Of a DNA stretch of 64,000 bases, positions 51,322 through 63,805 are shown piece after piece. The first letter of the stretch is position 1; each line of letters begins with the position of its first letter. Source of the DNA: Macrostomum hystrix (taxonomy: Eukaryota > Animalia > Platyhelminthes); the NCBI GenBank assembly GCA_950097015.1, contig CATNEN010000038.1, forward strand, positions 1,426,001 to 1,490,000, written 5' to 3'. The notes beneath the pieces were generated by a model. It saw nothing but the letters and a program-made list of their open reading frames with translations. It had not been told where the DNA came from and searched no databases. The translations under genes were made by a program, and so were the position numbers.

Positions 51322-54300
51322 TCACTTGCTGGCCCTATTAAGAGTGCGGCGAACAACGCGAACAATATCGGCCACCTGCGGCAAGCCGGCAGCTTCAAGG
51401 CTCTGGGCGTAGGGCATCGGCACATCGGCGCCAGTCATCCTCGTCAGAGGAGCGTCCAGATAGTCAAAAGCGGCGGACTCCATGACCCTGGCAGCGATCT
51501 CCGCGCCCATGCCGCACTGGGGCCAGCAGCTCTCGACAGTCACAATGTGGTGCGTCTTCATCACCGACTTGACGATTGTCTCCTCGTCCAGGGGCCGCAG
51601 GGTGCGCAGATTGATGACCTCGCATTCAATACCATCCTTGGCGGCCAGCTCGGCAGCGGCCTCCACGCACAGCCCGACAAACTTGCCGTAGGAGACCAGG
51701 CTGAGGTGGCTGCCCGGCTTCTCAATCTTGGCCTAGGGAATTCAGCTGTGCTCCAGTTAGGGAGTGAAATCCAAACCTCAAATCCCATTTGAAACTGACT
51801 CGAGTCTGAAATCCCATCTGAAACTGACTCGAGTCTGAAATCCCATCTCAAACTGACTCGAGTCTGAAATCCCATCTGAAACTGACTCGAGTCTGAAATC
51901 CCATCTCAAACTGACTCGAGTCTGAAATCCCATCTGAAACTGACTCGAGTCTGAAATCCCATCTGAAACTGACTCGAGTCTTAAATCCCATCTGAAATTG
52001 ACTCGAGTCTTAAATCCCATCTCAAACTGACTCGAGTCTGAAATCCCATCTCAAACTGACTCGAGTCTGAAATCCCATCTGAAACTGACTCGAGTCTGAA
52101 ATCCCATCTCAAACTGACTCGAGTCTGAAATCCCATCTCAAACTGACTCGAGTCTGAAATCCCATCTCAAACTGACTCGAGTCTGAAATCCCATCTCAAA
52201 CTGACTCGAGTCTGAAATCCCATCTGAAACTGACTCGAGTCTGAAATCCCATCTGAAACTGACTCGAGTCTTAAATCCCATCTGAAATTGACTCGAGTCT
52301 TAAATCCCATCTCAAACTGACTCGAGTCTGAAATCCCATCTCAAACTGACTCGAGTCTGAAATCCCATCTGAAACTGACTCGAGTCTGAAATCCCATCTC
52401 AAACTGACTCGAGTCTGAAATCCCATCTCAAACTGACTCGAGTCTGAAATCCCATCTCAAACTGACTCGAGTCTTAAATCCCATCTCAAACTGACTCGAG
52501 TCTGAAATCCCATCTCAAACTGACTCGAGTCTGAAATCCCATCTGAAATTGACTCGAGTCTTAAATCCCATCTCAAACTGACTCGAGTCTGAAATCCCAT
52601 CTGAAACTGACTCGAGTCTGAAATCCCATCTGAAACTGACTCGAGTCTTAAATCCCATTTGAAACTGACTCGAGTCTTAAATCCCATCTGAAACTGACTC
52701 GAGTCTTAAATCCCATCTGAAACTGACTCGAGTCTTAAATCCCATTTGAAACTGACTCGAGTCTGAAATCCCATCTCAAACTGACTCGAGTCTGAAATCC
52801 CATTTGAAACTGACTCGAGTCTTAAATCCCATTTGAAACTGACTCGAGTCTTAAATCCCATCTGAAACTGACTCGAGTCTTAAATCCCATCTCAAACTGA
52901 CTCGAGTCTGAAATCCCATCTGAAACTGACTCGAGTCTTAAATCCCATCTGAAACTGACTCGAGTCTTAAATCCCATCTGAAACTGACTCGAGTCTTAAA
53001 TCACATCTGAAACTGACTCGAGTCTGAAATCCCATCTGAAACTGACTCGAGTCTGAAATCCCATCTGAAACTGACTCGAGTCTGAAATCCCATCTGAAAC
53101 TGACTCGAGTCTTAAATCCCATCTGAAATTGACTCGAGTCTTAAATCCCATCTCAAACTGACTCGAGTCTGAAATCCCATCTGAAACTGACTCGAGTCTT
53201 AAATCCCATCTGAAATTGACTCGAGTCTTAAATCCCATCTCAAACTGACTCGAGTCTGAAATCCCATCTGAAACTGACTCGAGTCTGAAATCCCATCTGA
53301 AACTGACTCGAGTCTGAAATCCCATCTGAAACTAACTCGAGTCTGAAATCCCATCTGAATCTGACTCATTCCTAAATCCCATCTGAAACTGACTCGAGTC
53401 TGAAATCCCATCTGAAACTAACTCGAGTCTGAAATCTTATCTGAAACTGACTCGATTCTTAAATCCCATCTGAATCTGACTCAATTCCTAAATCCCATCT
53501 GAAAACTAACTGGTCTAAAATCCCTACATTAAAAACTGTCAGTCACAAAAAATTATCCCAAAGCGGTGCAAGATCTCACCTTCCCAATGGGAATGAGGAA
53601 GTCCTTGGACTCGCACTCTGGCGAGATCTCAAAGCTGACACCGTACATCATTTCATTTTCCAGACAGACCACTGGATCATTGTCCCTGATGGCGGCCTTC
53701 AGCAAGCCTCGAGCGTCCTCGCTGTTCCACGGCGACACAACCTGGGGTGGGGTTGAACCAATACATGGGTGAATTCTCTTTTAACAGTAGAAAGACTGCG
53801 CTATTTGTCCCCAGGGGAGGACCACGGGGTGCTTCAAATTCCCACTGCCTACTTGACGACAGCTCCCAAACCGATTGACAGACTTTCGTGAAAGTCCTCC
53901 GTCTGTATTAATATTTTGCACACTTGACGATGAACGTAAATTTTGAAGACGTCCGAGTGAGCAATCGTCGAGATATTCACCGATTCTTGTCGAAGACCCC
54001 GGAGACAAGGACAGCTAACATTGCTGTGTTTAAACTGAGGCGAGGAATTTGGTCTCGTAAAATGGCCGGAGATCCGAGTCTGAAAGTCATAGAGCATATG
54101 AGTCGAGTTAAAGCCGAGGTGGTGTCCTACTGGACGACGCCTCGTAAATACCTTTATTCCGCGTACTGGGCCACCTTCCCAGTGGAAGATCGGTATGCCA
54201 AATGACCCTCCATTGTCGGGCGGCTTATTCCGGTCGGCAATGTGGTTCTTTACTCGGAGCCCGTGGACCTAGCCTCCAGGTTTACCTGGTTCGTTGGGTT

Positions 54301-55846
54301 GACCTTTTCTAAGACTAACGCGTGCGCATGTCCGCAAAGGTCGCTCGCTAAGGTCATGGGCGAAGAGGTTTAAGGCATGCGTGAATCCAGGCAAAGGGTG
54401 TACCAACGGCTCTCTGCATCGGCTCTCCATTTTTGCCGTTGAGCACAAGGGTCGATCCGACCCGTCCTCCTTCGGGCACTAACCTCCGCGCCTCAGCGCG
54501 GAGGGCCAGTTGGGGGGCGGAATCCGCCGCCCCCCAAACCCCCCGACGGGATCTATAGCGAATGCATATTGCTTAAAATATAAATATAATTTAATCAATC
54601 CAAAATAGTCAAGAACAATAGCCGACATAGTTACATGTTAAGGATTTATGAGCAGAATAATTATGCCTATATTGGTGGTTCTTGCCACCAGACATCCCGA
54701 TGAGAATCGTTGAATATCTCGACGATGCCGATGTTTTGAAATTCTGGTAGTTGTTTCATCGAATATTTAAAGAGATCTGGGAGTATGTGAAATGCTCCCG
54801 GGTGGTCTTTCTACTGTTAGAGTGGAGTCTAACAAACAGTGCAGCCTACATGACAGATCCAAAATATTCGAGTTTACCTTCAATCCGGGACAGTGAGAAT
54901 ACCAGGAGGCGAAGTCCTGCGAGTGCTGGGCGGCCACGCCTGCGGCAGCGCCGTTGGGGCCCCGGAACACAATGGGCACCTTGACATCGCCGGCGCTCAT
55001 GTAATAGGTCTTGGCAGCGCTATTGATCACGTGATCAATGGCCTGCATGGAGAAGTTGAAGGTCATAAACTCGCAGATTGGGCGCAGGCCGGCCATCGCG
55101 GCGCCGACTGCCAGACCTGGATGCGACGGAGAAGGGAGGCATCACGGCTTTTAGGCATTGAGATTGTGGGGATCAGGAATCGGGAATTGGGATAATGAGA
55201 GCTAAGCATTTTTCTGAAGGCCAGTGAGTTTCAAAGGCTGTGAACAGCTTTCTGTGTTCAGTCCGCGAACTGGGAAGCCGCCTTGATTTGTTGCATTCTT
55301 GATTTGTCGGACTTAAAGGTCGGGGGTTCGATTCGCGACTCCACTAAAACAACATTTGTCCTTTAGCGAGCCACTTAAATCTGCATTGCTTTAGTTCACC
55401 CCGCTAATAAAATGGGTACCAGTATTAGCTGGGGTAATTGAGGGGGGATGTGGTCTCCCCCCAGTCCATGGACTGAACAGCGGTATGCAGCCCTCAGATG
55501 TGGCTGTGCTGTCGGCGGCACATCTGGCTCAATTAGAGGCAAGTGTAGAGGCTGAAGTTAGGAGAACAGAAATCAACTGCTTACCAGCGAATCCCATCTC
55601 AGTGATGGGGGTGTCAATCACCCGCTTATCGCCCATGAGTTTCCACAGGCCCTTGGACACTTTGTAAGCGCCGTCGTACTGGGCCACTTCCTCTCCTAGC
55701 AGGAAGACATTTGGGTCGCGTTCGATCTCCTCTTTCATGGCCGAGTTCAGGGCATCGCGAACTGTCATTGATGACGCTGCGCGCCGGCCATTGCCAGCTA
55801 GTGAGCGAAAAATCAACTGGCATGCAATGAGACTGGACCGGTGCAT
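51322..55846 (-). CDS. PDHB: Pyruvate dehydrogenase E1 beta subunit, mitochondrial (~357 aa)
   Basis: Exons 55846-55585, 55116-54878, 53741-53580 and 51732-51322. Motifs: [91 protein letters not shown]. Confidence 0.97.
51780..53505. repeat. 29-bp minisatellite (AAATCCCATCTGAAACTGACTCGAGTCTG) containing the palindrome GACTCGAGTC
   Basis: About 59 copies filling PDHB intron 3. Confidence 0.97.
53783..54578 (+). mobile_element. Putative Helentron-associated (HINE-like) insertion in PDHB intron 2, carrying a 91-aa ORF and GC-rich hairpins
   Basis: Starts after a T-run (tttt|aacag). Short subterminal inverted motif CGCTAT/ATAGCG, 3' imperfect palindrome AGCGAATGCATATTGCT before an A-run, hairpins at 54483-54504 and 54510-54537, and no TSD seen. 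Classification is inference. Confidence 0.45.
55305..55525 (+). mobile_element. SINE family B in PDHB intron 1
   Basis: ggtcgggggttcgattcgcgactccacta..ttgctttagttcacccc..aaatgggtaccag..agctggggtaattgaggg..ccagtccatggactgaacag. Confidence 0.8.
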
Positions 55847-57076
55847 CTTTGCTGCTGCTGCTGAAAGCAAGTTGTGCAATGGTTTGTAAAAGTGGTTGTA
55901 CATTATTTTAGTTCCTATACTGCATGGTAACTATATGTTTTGCTCTTTTGCTACCCATGACTTTATTCTTTAAGTTAATAGCCATTTTGTCTTTTCTGCT
56001 TCAGCTAGTAGACATTTACAATATGTTTTTCTTGAATTTATGAAGGTAGTAATATATTTTACTTAGACCCAAATATTTCACAAACTAAAATATTAGCCCA
56101 TGAACTATATGAATTGTTCCTTATATAAAAAGCTTTAAAAGGCTACATAGAGAAGATAGGGCCAACAAAGCTACAATGTAATGTTGCAATGCTATAAGTT
56201 TAAATATGTGTAGCTACTACTATTAGTTGTCCCACTACATTTATGTCTAGGTTAGATCCAACCATTGAAGAGAACTTACACTTAAAGCAATAGGACTACA
56301 GGTACTCTTAGTGAAGAATAGATGTGAACAATTATGGCTACTGCTACTAACTCCAATGGAAAGACACTGCTTTGCCAATAATTATGAGATTTAACTTATA
56401 GTGCAAAACATTGGTCAATCTTCTTACTGATTGACTACCTATACAGAATGTATACAAGCTTTATAAGGCAAAACTTGTATAATACAAAATAATTAAGATT
56501 TTATTTCTAGCAGATCTATTAGTAATACTGCCTAGCACCTACAATCAGTGAAGCTTTGTTAATCATTTAATTACATTTACCGTGCCAATTTAATTTCTGA
56601 TATAGTGCTAAAGTGCTAATACATATAAGTGCCATAACTAAAATCATGCAAAAAGGACAACTAACCATGAAAAATACAAAGTAAAAACTTAGGTTAGGGA
56701 CTTAATTTTCCATAATAATTTATACTTTTAAACACTCATTTTCTTAAACTTAATTCATCCAAATAAACATAAAATAATACTCGCAAGATAGACTGTTTGC
56801 CTAAGCCAACCTCCTTCTCTGTCAAGATTTACGACATTGCAAGTTTGCAAGTAAATTTAAAATTTTTTTAAATCTTCACCTATCTTGGTTTCAAATACTG
56901 TCCTACTCATACTATATCAAGCTCTATATAATATTAAATTAGGCCCATGCATTTGATAGAAATATTTCAGATTACATTTTTAGGCTTAACAATACTTTTT
57001 TGCTTGGCTAGATAGCTGTAGGCCTAGGCCCTACTATGTCTATGCTTATAACACCTTATTGCTTGGGAAGTGCTTA

Positions 57077-57796
57077 CTTATTCCCATGGTCCCGTGCCGG
57101 TAATTTCAATTTTATCCACATGGATCCGTGCCGATAATTTCAATTTTATCCACACGGATCCATGCCAATAATTTTCTGCATAGGGCCTATCCACACGGCA
57201 GCTTGTATGAATAGGTCTACTTTTAAGTCCCTACCTATTCTTCTCTGAGCATAAGGCTTTTGCTTCAGAGTATAGTGTAGGCCTATAGGCCTAGTGTACA
57301 CTAGATCAATACATAGTGTAAAAAAATAACAATGATGTATAATGTGTGACGAGTTTGGTGCTGACTAGAATTCTGCTGGTTGACTCGTATGATTTTCTTT
57401 GATAGACTTCTTACTTTCTAAGTCAATACAATTTGAATGAAAACACGTAGGCCTAACGATGACAAAAGATTTAGTAAGTTGTTATTACAAAAATTAAAAA
57501 GGATGACATTAATGTCAGTTGATGAATGTGTAGGTCGAAATGTAGAACACTGTCGTAACACACTGGCAACTTTGTTGATCTATTAGCTTGAGGGTTCAGC
57601 AAAACGTTCAAACCCAAAAGGACCTCGTTTCAAAGAACAGAACCGCGTGAATAAAATTGAAATTAATGGCACGGCATATTTATATACAGAGTTGTAGACC
57701 TATTCATACAAGCTGCCATGTGGATAAACAGAAAATTATCGGCATGGATTGGTGTGGATAAAATTGAAATTATCGGCACGGGACCGTGGGAATAAG
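57077..57796. mobile_element. Foldback/MITE-like element with long imperfect TIRs
   Basis: 57077-57220 (cttattcccatggtcccgtgccg..cagcttgtatgaataggtctac) is the reverse complement of ~57693-57796. The TIRs contain an internal subrepeat (gccgataatttcaattttatccaca). No clear TSD. Confidence 0.8.
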
Positions 57797-58019
57797 CTCT
57801 GCCTATTGCTTGACTCTGAAATACTACCTTGCTGCTCCACTACCACAATTCTGACAAGTGTAAGCTGCATTGAGAGGCAGTTGACACATCTGCTGTCAAA
57901 AAGTCATTGGCCAAGTGCGCCCAAAGTCTGCGTGCAATTGCTAGGCCTAATCGGCTTGGTTCAATTGGTTACCATGACACACTGGCTTTGTTAGGCCAAG
58001 CAAATGAGCAATGGCAAGC

Positions 58020-58373
58020 GGCAATGTTCTACTTCCGTTCGTTATATTATTTTTTTGTTTGCAAACGACAGAAAACGACAAAAAACTAGTTTAACGGCAA
58101 CAAAAAGTCAGTAGTTTGGTCACACAGTTCTGAAAAGTCTTGGTCAGTCTTTCTTCTTTCAAACCGGGTAATAGTGCCTAATCCAGTAGAGGAGGGCACC
58201 GAAGCTATTCTTGGGGTATAGACAGCGCCATTTGCCAGATTTTGCCATAGACATAGATCCAAGTGTCAAGTCACGGCAAAGCCACGTCAGCACAACTTTT
58301 TCAAACTCAGAATCCACGTGTGGCACGAATACAAACGAAAAAATAATATAGCGAACGGAAGTAGAACATTGCC
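58020..58373. mobile_element. MITE, GG...CC termini with 8-bp TSD (Merlin- or MULE-like)
   Basis: ~42-bp TIR GGCAATGTTCTACTTCCGTTCG../..CGAACGGAAGTAGAACATTGCC. TSD TGGCAAGC at 58012-58019 and 58374-58381. Confidence 0.88.
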
Positions 58374-59856
58374 TGGCAAGCAGTACTAGAGTAGAGAAGA
58401 CTCTGACGAAACGACTAAGCTAGCTAGTTTATAGCGTAGCGTAATAATAGGCCTACAATAAAAATAATGATTAATTCGATGCTAGCTGACTGCTGAGGAT
58501 GTGCGGCACTGCTACCACCAGCACCAGGCCCCAGCCAATACTAGGCCTAGTGCACTGAATACTTGATTCACAAGTGTGACCAAACCAACCATGAAGCCAT
58601 GGAAAAAAGTAAGTATATATTTGCACAAAAGAATCTGCGTCAAAATTTATTCAGATGTAAGTTTCTAAACTCTTCTCCGGCGGCGAATGGGACATGTCAT
58701 GATGAAGTTATCTCATAGTAGTTTTTATGAATTACGAAGCGACGAAGTTAAAAGTTACAAATTAACATTTATTCTTTTATTTAAGTTTTTCGTCCAAGCC
58801 AATTTTAAATTTATAGTTCTTTGTAATTTTTAGAAAGTAGAAATACTAATAAATAAAAAAGTTAATTTTAAATAAAAAACGCAAGTTTTGTTTTCTAAAT
58901 AGTAACAATAATGTTTAACGATAACACTTCGCACAAGTTTGAATTAAAAATTTAGAAACTTGTCGGGCTCGATCTCATTCTAATGAGAAGTTGAGAAGTC
59001 GTGCGCGTGAGTCCGTATGGCGTCGATTAGGCCTACCTTCGAGAACGCGACGGCCTACTTCATATCTGATGACTTCTTTTCATGGATCCATTCGCAATTC
59101 AAAGTGTTTAGCTCTAGCCTTAAAGGTTGCAGCAAATTGATCGCGAGTATTACACTTGAATGAAGTAGGCCTAACAAAGCTGAATTCATTTGTCTTTGTT
59201 TTTTGCATAGACCTAATATTAAATTATTTTTATGCCTTGAAAATATAACAGAGTTTTACTCAAACTGAAAAGGGTATTAGCTTGCAGAGGTAAAGCTAAA
59301 TAAGATAAGATGATAAACCAATTTATATCACTGACACTGACTAGGCTAAAGTGTCTGAATTGTTCAGTTGTTATGTTGCTCAAGGACTACTAAACAGCAC
59401 TGGACGTTGCAATCACGTTTTGTGCATTTTTTCAGAAGGTTGGCTAAATGATGCTAAAAGTCTATGGCATATGCTTTATCAATATAAGCATGAAGCTCAA
59501 AAGGAACTTTCAGACAAATATTTTAGGAGTTAAATGTATATTTAAATAAACAATTATATGAATTCTGTGCAGTATCCATTGTAAAGATTGCAGTATGGTG
59601 TTTTATAGGTAATAAATGAAGCAGGCACAAGAAACTAAAGTACATACTATAGTAGGCCTACTATACATAGCACTACCAAACAAAAAACTAAACCTAACAA
59701 GGAAATCAGAAACAAACATACAACATATTTGCAATGGATTTAAATTTAAATGTACAATGTTGCATAAAACTACCAAGGCTGCCATAATATTAAATTTTGC
59801 AAAACTAGTGTGTTGACAGCAACTTTCTTAGTCTTCTTTCATTAGTCTCCTGAGTG

Positions 59857-60279
59857 GGCATAAGTATGGTTTTGTGCGTTAAACTCAAATTCCCGCGAAA
59901 AACGATAACTGGTGTAACAAGGATAACGGGTAACATTGAGAAACGTCAGGATAATGTCCTTTGGGTAGAAGCTACAGCTGAAGCTTCGCAGAAGCTACAG
60001 CAGGTACTGCTCCGTGATACAGTGCAGGAAGTGCCGGAAGTGGGGACGCGGGAACTTCGAGGACAATGAGGACAATTGGTGCTGATGGGCATCCGCCAGC
60101 CATATCGATAAGTGTCTGATTTGAATTTGAAATCTCGTTCCTCACCAGCGCAACTGCCACATCAGCGCTACCAACCATGGGGTATATTTTGGCCATAGAC
60201 ACTGCCACAAGATCATTATGGTCTTAGATTTCGATTTTCGCACGAATTTGAGTTTAACGAACGAAACCATACTTATGCC
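59857..60279. mobile_element. MITE, GG...CC termini with 8-bp TSD (Merlin- or MULE-like)
   Basis: ~48-bp TIR GGCATAAGTATGGTTT..GTTAAACTCAAATTC/GAATTTGAGTTTAACG..AAACCATACTTATGCC. TSD CCTGAGTG at 59849-59856 and 60280-60287. Confidence 0.88.
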
Positions 60280-60982
60280 CCTGAGTGTAACATGGGTACT
60301 TTGGTCTCTATGCACAAATCCCTTGAAAAAAACAAAATGATAATATTCAAGAAACTTGATCCAACTTTTTTGGACCAACTGGTACCAAGAGCAAAAAATC
60401 AAAGGGGGGACCAAGGGACAAAAAATGAAGGTATGAAGAAAAGGAAAAAGGGGAGAGAAAAAGAGAGCAAATGAGAGCAAACTAAGTCGTAAATAGAGCA
60501 AAAACTAAGTTGCATGGCCGGCATGTATGATCCATAGAAAAATTTAGTTGTAAGTATTCATTCTTTTTTCAAATTTGACAATTTTTCAGTATAAAAAGTA
60601 TATCCATAAGAGTTAGGTATAGACACAAGCATAAGCTGATGTCAAACTTCAATATAAATTCTCTTATTGAGCCCTAGTAAAAATGCCTTTTAAGTATGTA
60701 CTTTTCATATAATAACAAAAAGTGATAGCCTAGTCAACAGTGTAATGTGCTTCAAATTTAATAATTCTTTTATGAAACTAATTATAGCTATTGAATAAAA
60801 AAGTACATTGAAAATTGTTATGTAACCCTAGTTGTAATTTAAGCCTGATGCTATATGCTTGTACCCAACCTTATTTCACCAGAGTTTTTAGTGCTAGTGC
60901 CATGCACAGCTAAATGCTGTATTTGCCTAAAGCTAAGTTTTGTCACTTAACTGTACTTTATCTAGCTGATGCTAGTACCAAA

Positions 60983-62425
60983 TAGGGGTGTTAAAGTTTC
61001 CATTTTTTCTGGGTTCAGGGTATACCCCAAACCAGGTACACTGACCCGGAACCCGACCCAAGCCCTTAACCCCAAACCTGGAACCAGACCAACCCGAACT
61101 TTACCTATCTATCTCCTGGACCTGGAGTAATTGTTGAGGACAGTATGCTTGTCTTAAAATACCAGTATTCCGCCTTTTTCTCTTTCTACTTTTCAATTGT
61201 TAACTCTTCTCCCCACTGACTACACTACTCAACTCCTCAGTCATACTCTTCACTTCACCCTCAGCTCCTCAAGGCCTCAGGCAGGTTTTTATGTTAATAA
61301 TTCATATTCAAGTTCCAGACGTGTGAATGAATCAAAAACTGGAATAGAAGATGAGGAAGTTTTCAGTTATTATTATTAAAAAGTTGCTAATTTGCTACTG
61401 TTCCAGCAAAACAAAACATTTTTTTATTGCTTGTTTATGCTAACTTGTGAAATTGGGTGCATTAATTGAGAAAATGGCAAATGTGAGCAAATTAAAAATA
61501 GCACATCAAGCAATGAGCGCATTAGTTGATATTGAGACAAGTAGCTAATGTGGGGAAATGAGAGAATGATCAAGCAATGGACATATTTAAAATAAAAGAC
61601 AGTTCGCTGGGCAATCATTCCAGTTACTCATCACTCATCAGTAATCAGTCCAATTTGTCTCTCAGAAACATCAGCTTCCTCAGAGACGAGGCTGCTAGTC
61701 TACAGCGTTCATTTCGTTTAATAAACCCAGCCGAACTGAAAGCGCACTCCGAAGGAACGGAGGTGGCTGGCGCAGTCGAATATAGTTGCTCAACTATCTC
61801 TGGAAGATTGGTGCAGTTAGACTTCCAGAAGTCACAAACAGGAGTTTCGAAGTTTTGCTGGGCCAAACTTCTATACAGCGACAGCTGATCAGCGGCCCTG
61901 CGACGAATCTCTTTTTTTAGCTGATTGCAGTTGCAGCGGCATTGGCCCCAGCTTGGCATTCTCGCGGTGTTATTCCAGCAGAGCTACAGAACTTGCTGTT
62001 GCCTCCCTTATTTTGGACTGTTCATCGGCTTCAGATTCACCATCATTCGCCTTTAGACTATAGATATATAGATCATTCCTTTCACTATGGAATATTATAA
62101 TGCAGGGCCGAAAATTCGTAGAATGATATATTTACATACATTAGAATAATTACTGGATCACGATTATTAAGTCTTTCCTTCGTGCAGTGAATTATGCGTA
62201 CGCTAGTTTAGTTCACGAAGGTAATTTTTTGAATTAGCGCGATTCTGAAAGACGCTTTATCACATAATAAGGCTATACTAATTAAGTTAAACAGAATTAA
62301 AAAATACGGAAACCCCGAACTCGAACACCCTACCCGAACCTCGAACCCGACCCGGACACCTACCCCCGAACCCCGAACCCGGTACCAAAACCCGACCCGA
62401 CCCCGAACCCCGAACACCCCGAGTA
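60983..62425 (-). mobile_element. Degenerate hAT transposon remnant retaining the transposase C-terminal dimerization domain
   Basis: ORF 61959-61645 reads DFWK..LP..PATSVPSECAFSSAG..R.RL..LMFL (hATC motif). ACCCG/GAACCC subterminal repeat clusters at ~61040-61100 and ~62310-62420. Imperfect TAGGG(G)TGTT termini. Confidence 0.8.
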
Positions 62426-62566
62426 CCAGATCAATAACTAAACTAAACAACACAGAATTAGAATTTCCCATGACAGAATTTTACAATAACTTTACTGAGG
62501 CATTTACTAAAGGGTCAGTCTGTCTTCTTTCTTCTGCACGTCTGAGAAATAGATTAAGATAACAGC

Positions 62567-63037
62567 ATGCAAGCAAAAATAAATTATGCATTGCAGTACT
62601 ACCAACAATCAGCGCAGTCTCCTGAGCAGGGAGCCGCTGACATTGGCGCAGGTCCCGGGGGTCAAAGTCTCCAGCAGCTGCCTCCCGGTTGGGAGCGGCG
62701 AGTTGACCCGGCAACCAGGTGTCCATATTTTATCGATCACAACACCTGCACAACAACCTGGCGCGACCCGAGATTGCCACCTGGCCCTGCCCAGCAGCCG
62801 CCGCAGACCGCCCAATCCGCATTTGGTCGCAGTGGTGCACCAATCAGAGAGATTCCAATACAGGTTGAGCCGGTGCCGGCATCAACAACTGCTCAGGCGG
62901 GACCGAAGCCTGCTGTGGTAGTTGCCGCTGCGCCGCAGATGTACGACAGGAGTGCCTCTGATTCTGCAGCTGGGCAAGGTTCTTCTGCTGCTGCTTCAGG
63001 CACTGGCAGTAGAGAGTCTCGAAGTTATGGACTTAAG
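62567..63037 (+). CDS. WW-domain protein, BAG3/starvin-like, 5' exon (gene continues beyond the window)
   Basis: WW domain [32 protein letters not shown] followed by an IPV-like motif (IREIPIQVE). Donor AAG|gttagt at 63037. The exon may instead begin at acceptor 62597, joined to a micro-exon at 58591-58608. Confidence 0.75.
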
Positions 63038-63607
63038 GTTAGTTTGATGCGAGGGCACCTGGCTTTCTTATGAAATCAATTATTGTTTTCAAAGCTACGG
63101 GGGAACCGTTTTGTTAACAAGCTTTGCGTCAAACAATAGATACGACCCGCTAAAAAATAGGGATGTTTCTTTGGGTGATTCCAGTTGGAATCTGCGGTGT
63201 TTCCAGAAAAAGAAACAGCCGAACGCTGGAAACATACCAATCGGATGATTCCATGCTTAGAATCTACCCAACTGGGCGTTTTCTCGGTGCTTCTTGGTGG
63301 CGAAATGGAATCACCCAAAGAATCCTCCAGTTCGGAAGATTCCATGCTCAGAAACCGCCGAGGAATCGCCCGTAAATAATTCTCTGGTTGTCCCATGGGC
63401 CACTGGTTCGGGTGATTCTACGGCGGTTTCCGCACAATTTACGGTTACATCGGCTGCTTCCTGGGTGGTTTCTCTAACTCTTGCGAGATAGGGGGATTTT
63501 GGTAGATTCCACTCCTATTTTGCACAAAAACCCGCCGAAGAAGCAGCCCAATTTTTTACAGGGGAGTTAAACATTTATTGAATTTACAGCTACAAAATCA
63601 AGCCAGC

Positions 63608-63805
63608 ATGTACAGGGACTGGGGGACGCCACACCCACCCTCAATTACCCCAGCTGATGCTGGTACCCATTTAACAGCTGGGTGAACTGAATCAATGCAG
63701 AGTTAAGTGTCTTGTTAAAGGACACAAGTGGTTCTAGTGGAGTCGGGAATCGAACCCCCGACCTTGAAGTCGTTAGTCCGATGCTCTAACTACTTGGCTA
63801 CAACC
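63608..63805 (-). mobile_element. SINE family B, near full-length, in the intron of the BAG3-like gene
   Basis: Reverse complement reads tagccaagtagttagagcatcggact..gggttcgattcccgactccact..cagttcacccagctgttaaatgggtaccagcatcagctggggtaattgaggg. Confidence 0.82.

Noticed and set aside
51780-53505. CRISPR-like appearance (29-bp repeat with internal palindrome)
   Set aside because: Units are head-to-tail with no unique spacers, there are no cas genes, and the context is a eukaryotic intron.
58683-58694. GGCGAATGGGAC identical to the 3' end of the HDV genomic ribozyme
   Set aside because: No upstream P2 (GTCCCA), P3/L3 or P1 elements. It is more likely one arm of a weak inverted repeat with ~59068-59095.
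63090-63565. Possible CACTA-like element or small ORFs in the BAG3-like intron
   Set aside because: Only one candidate terminus (TTTTTTACAGGG) is visible, there is no TSD, and the ORFs have no recognisable motifs.
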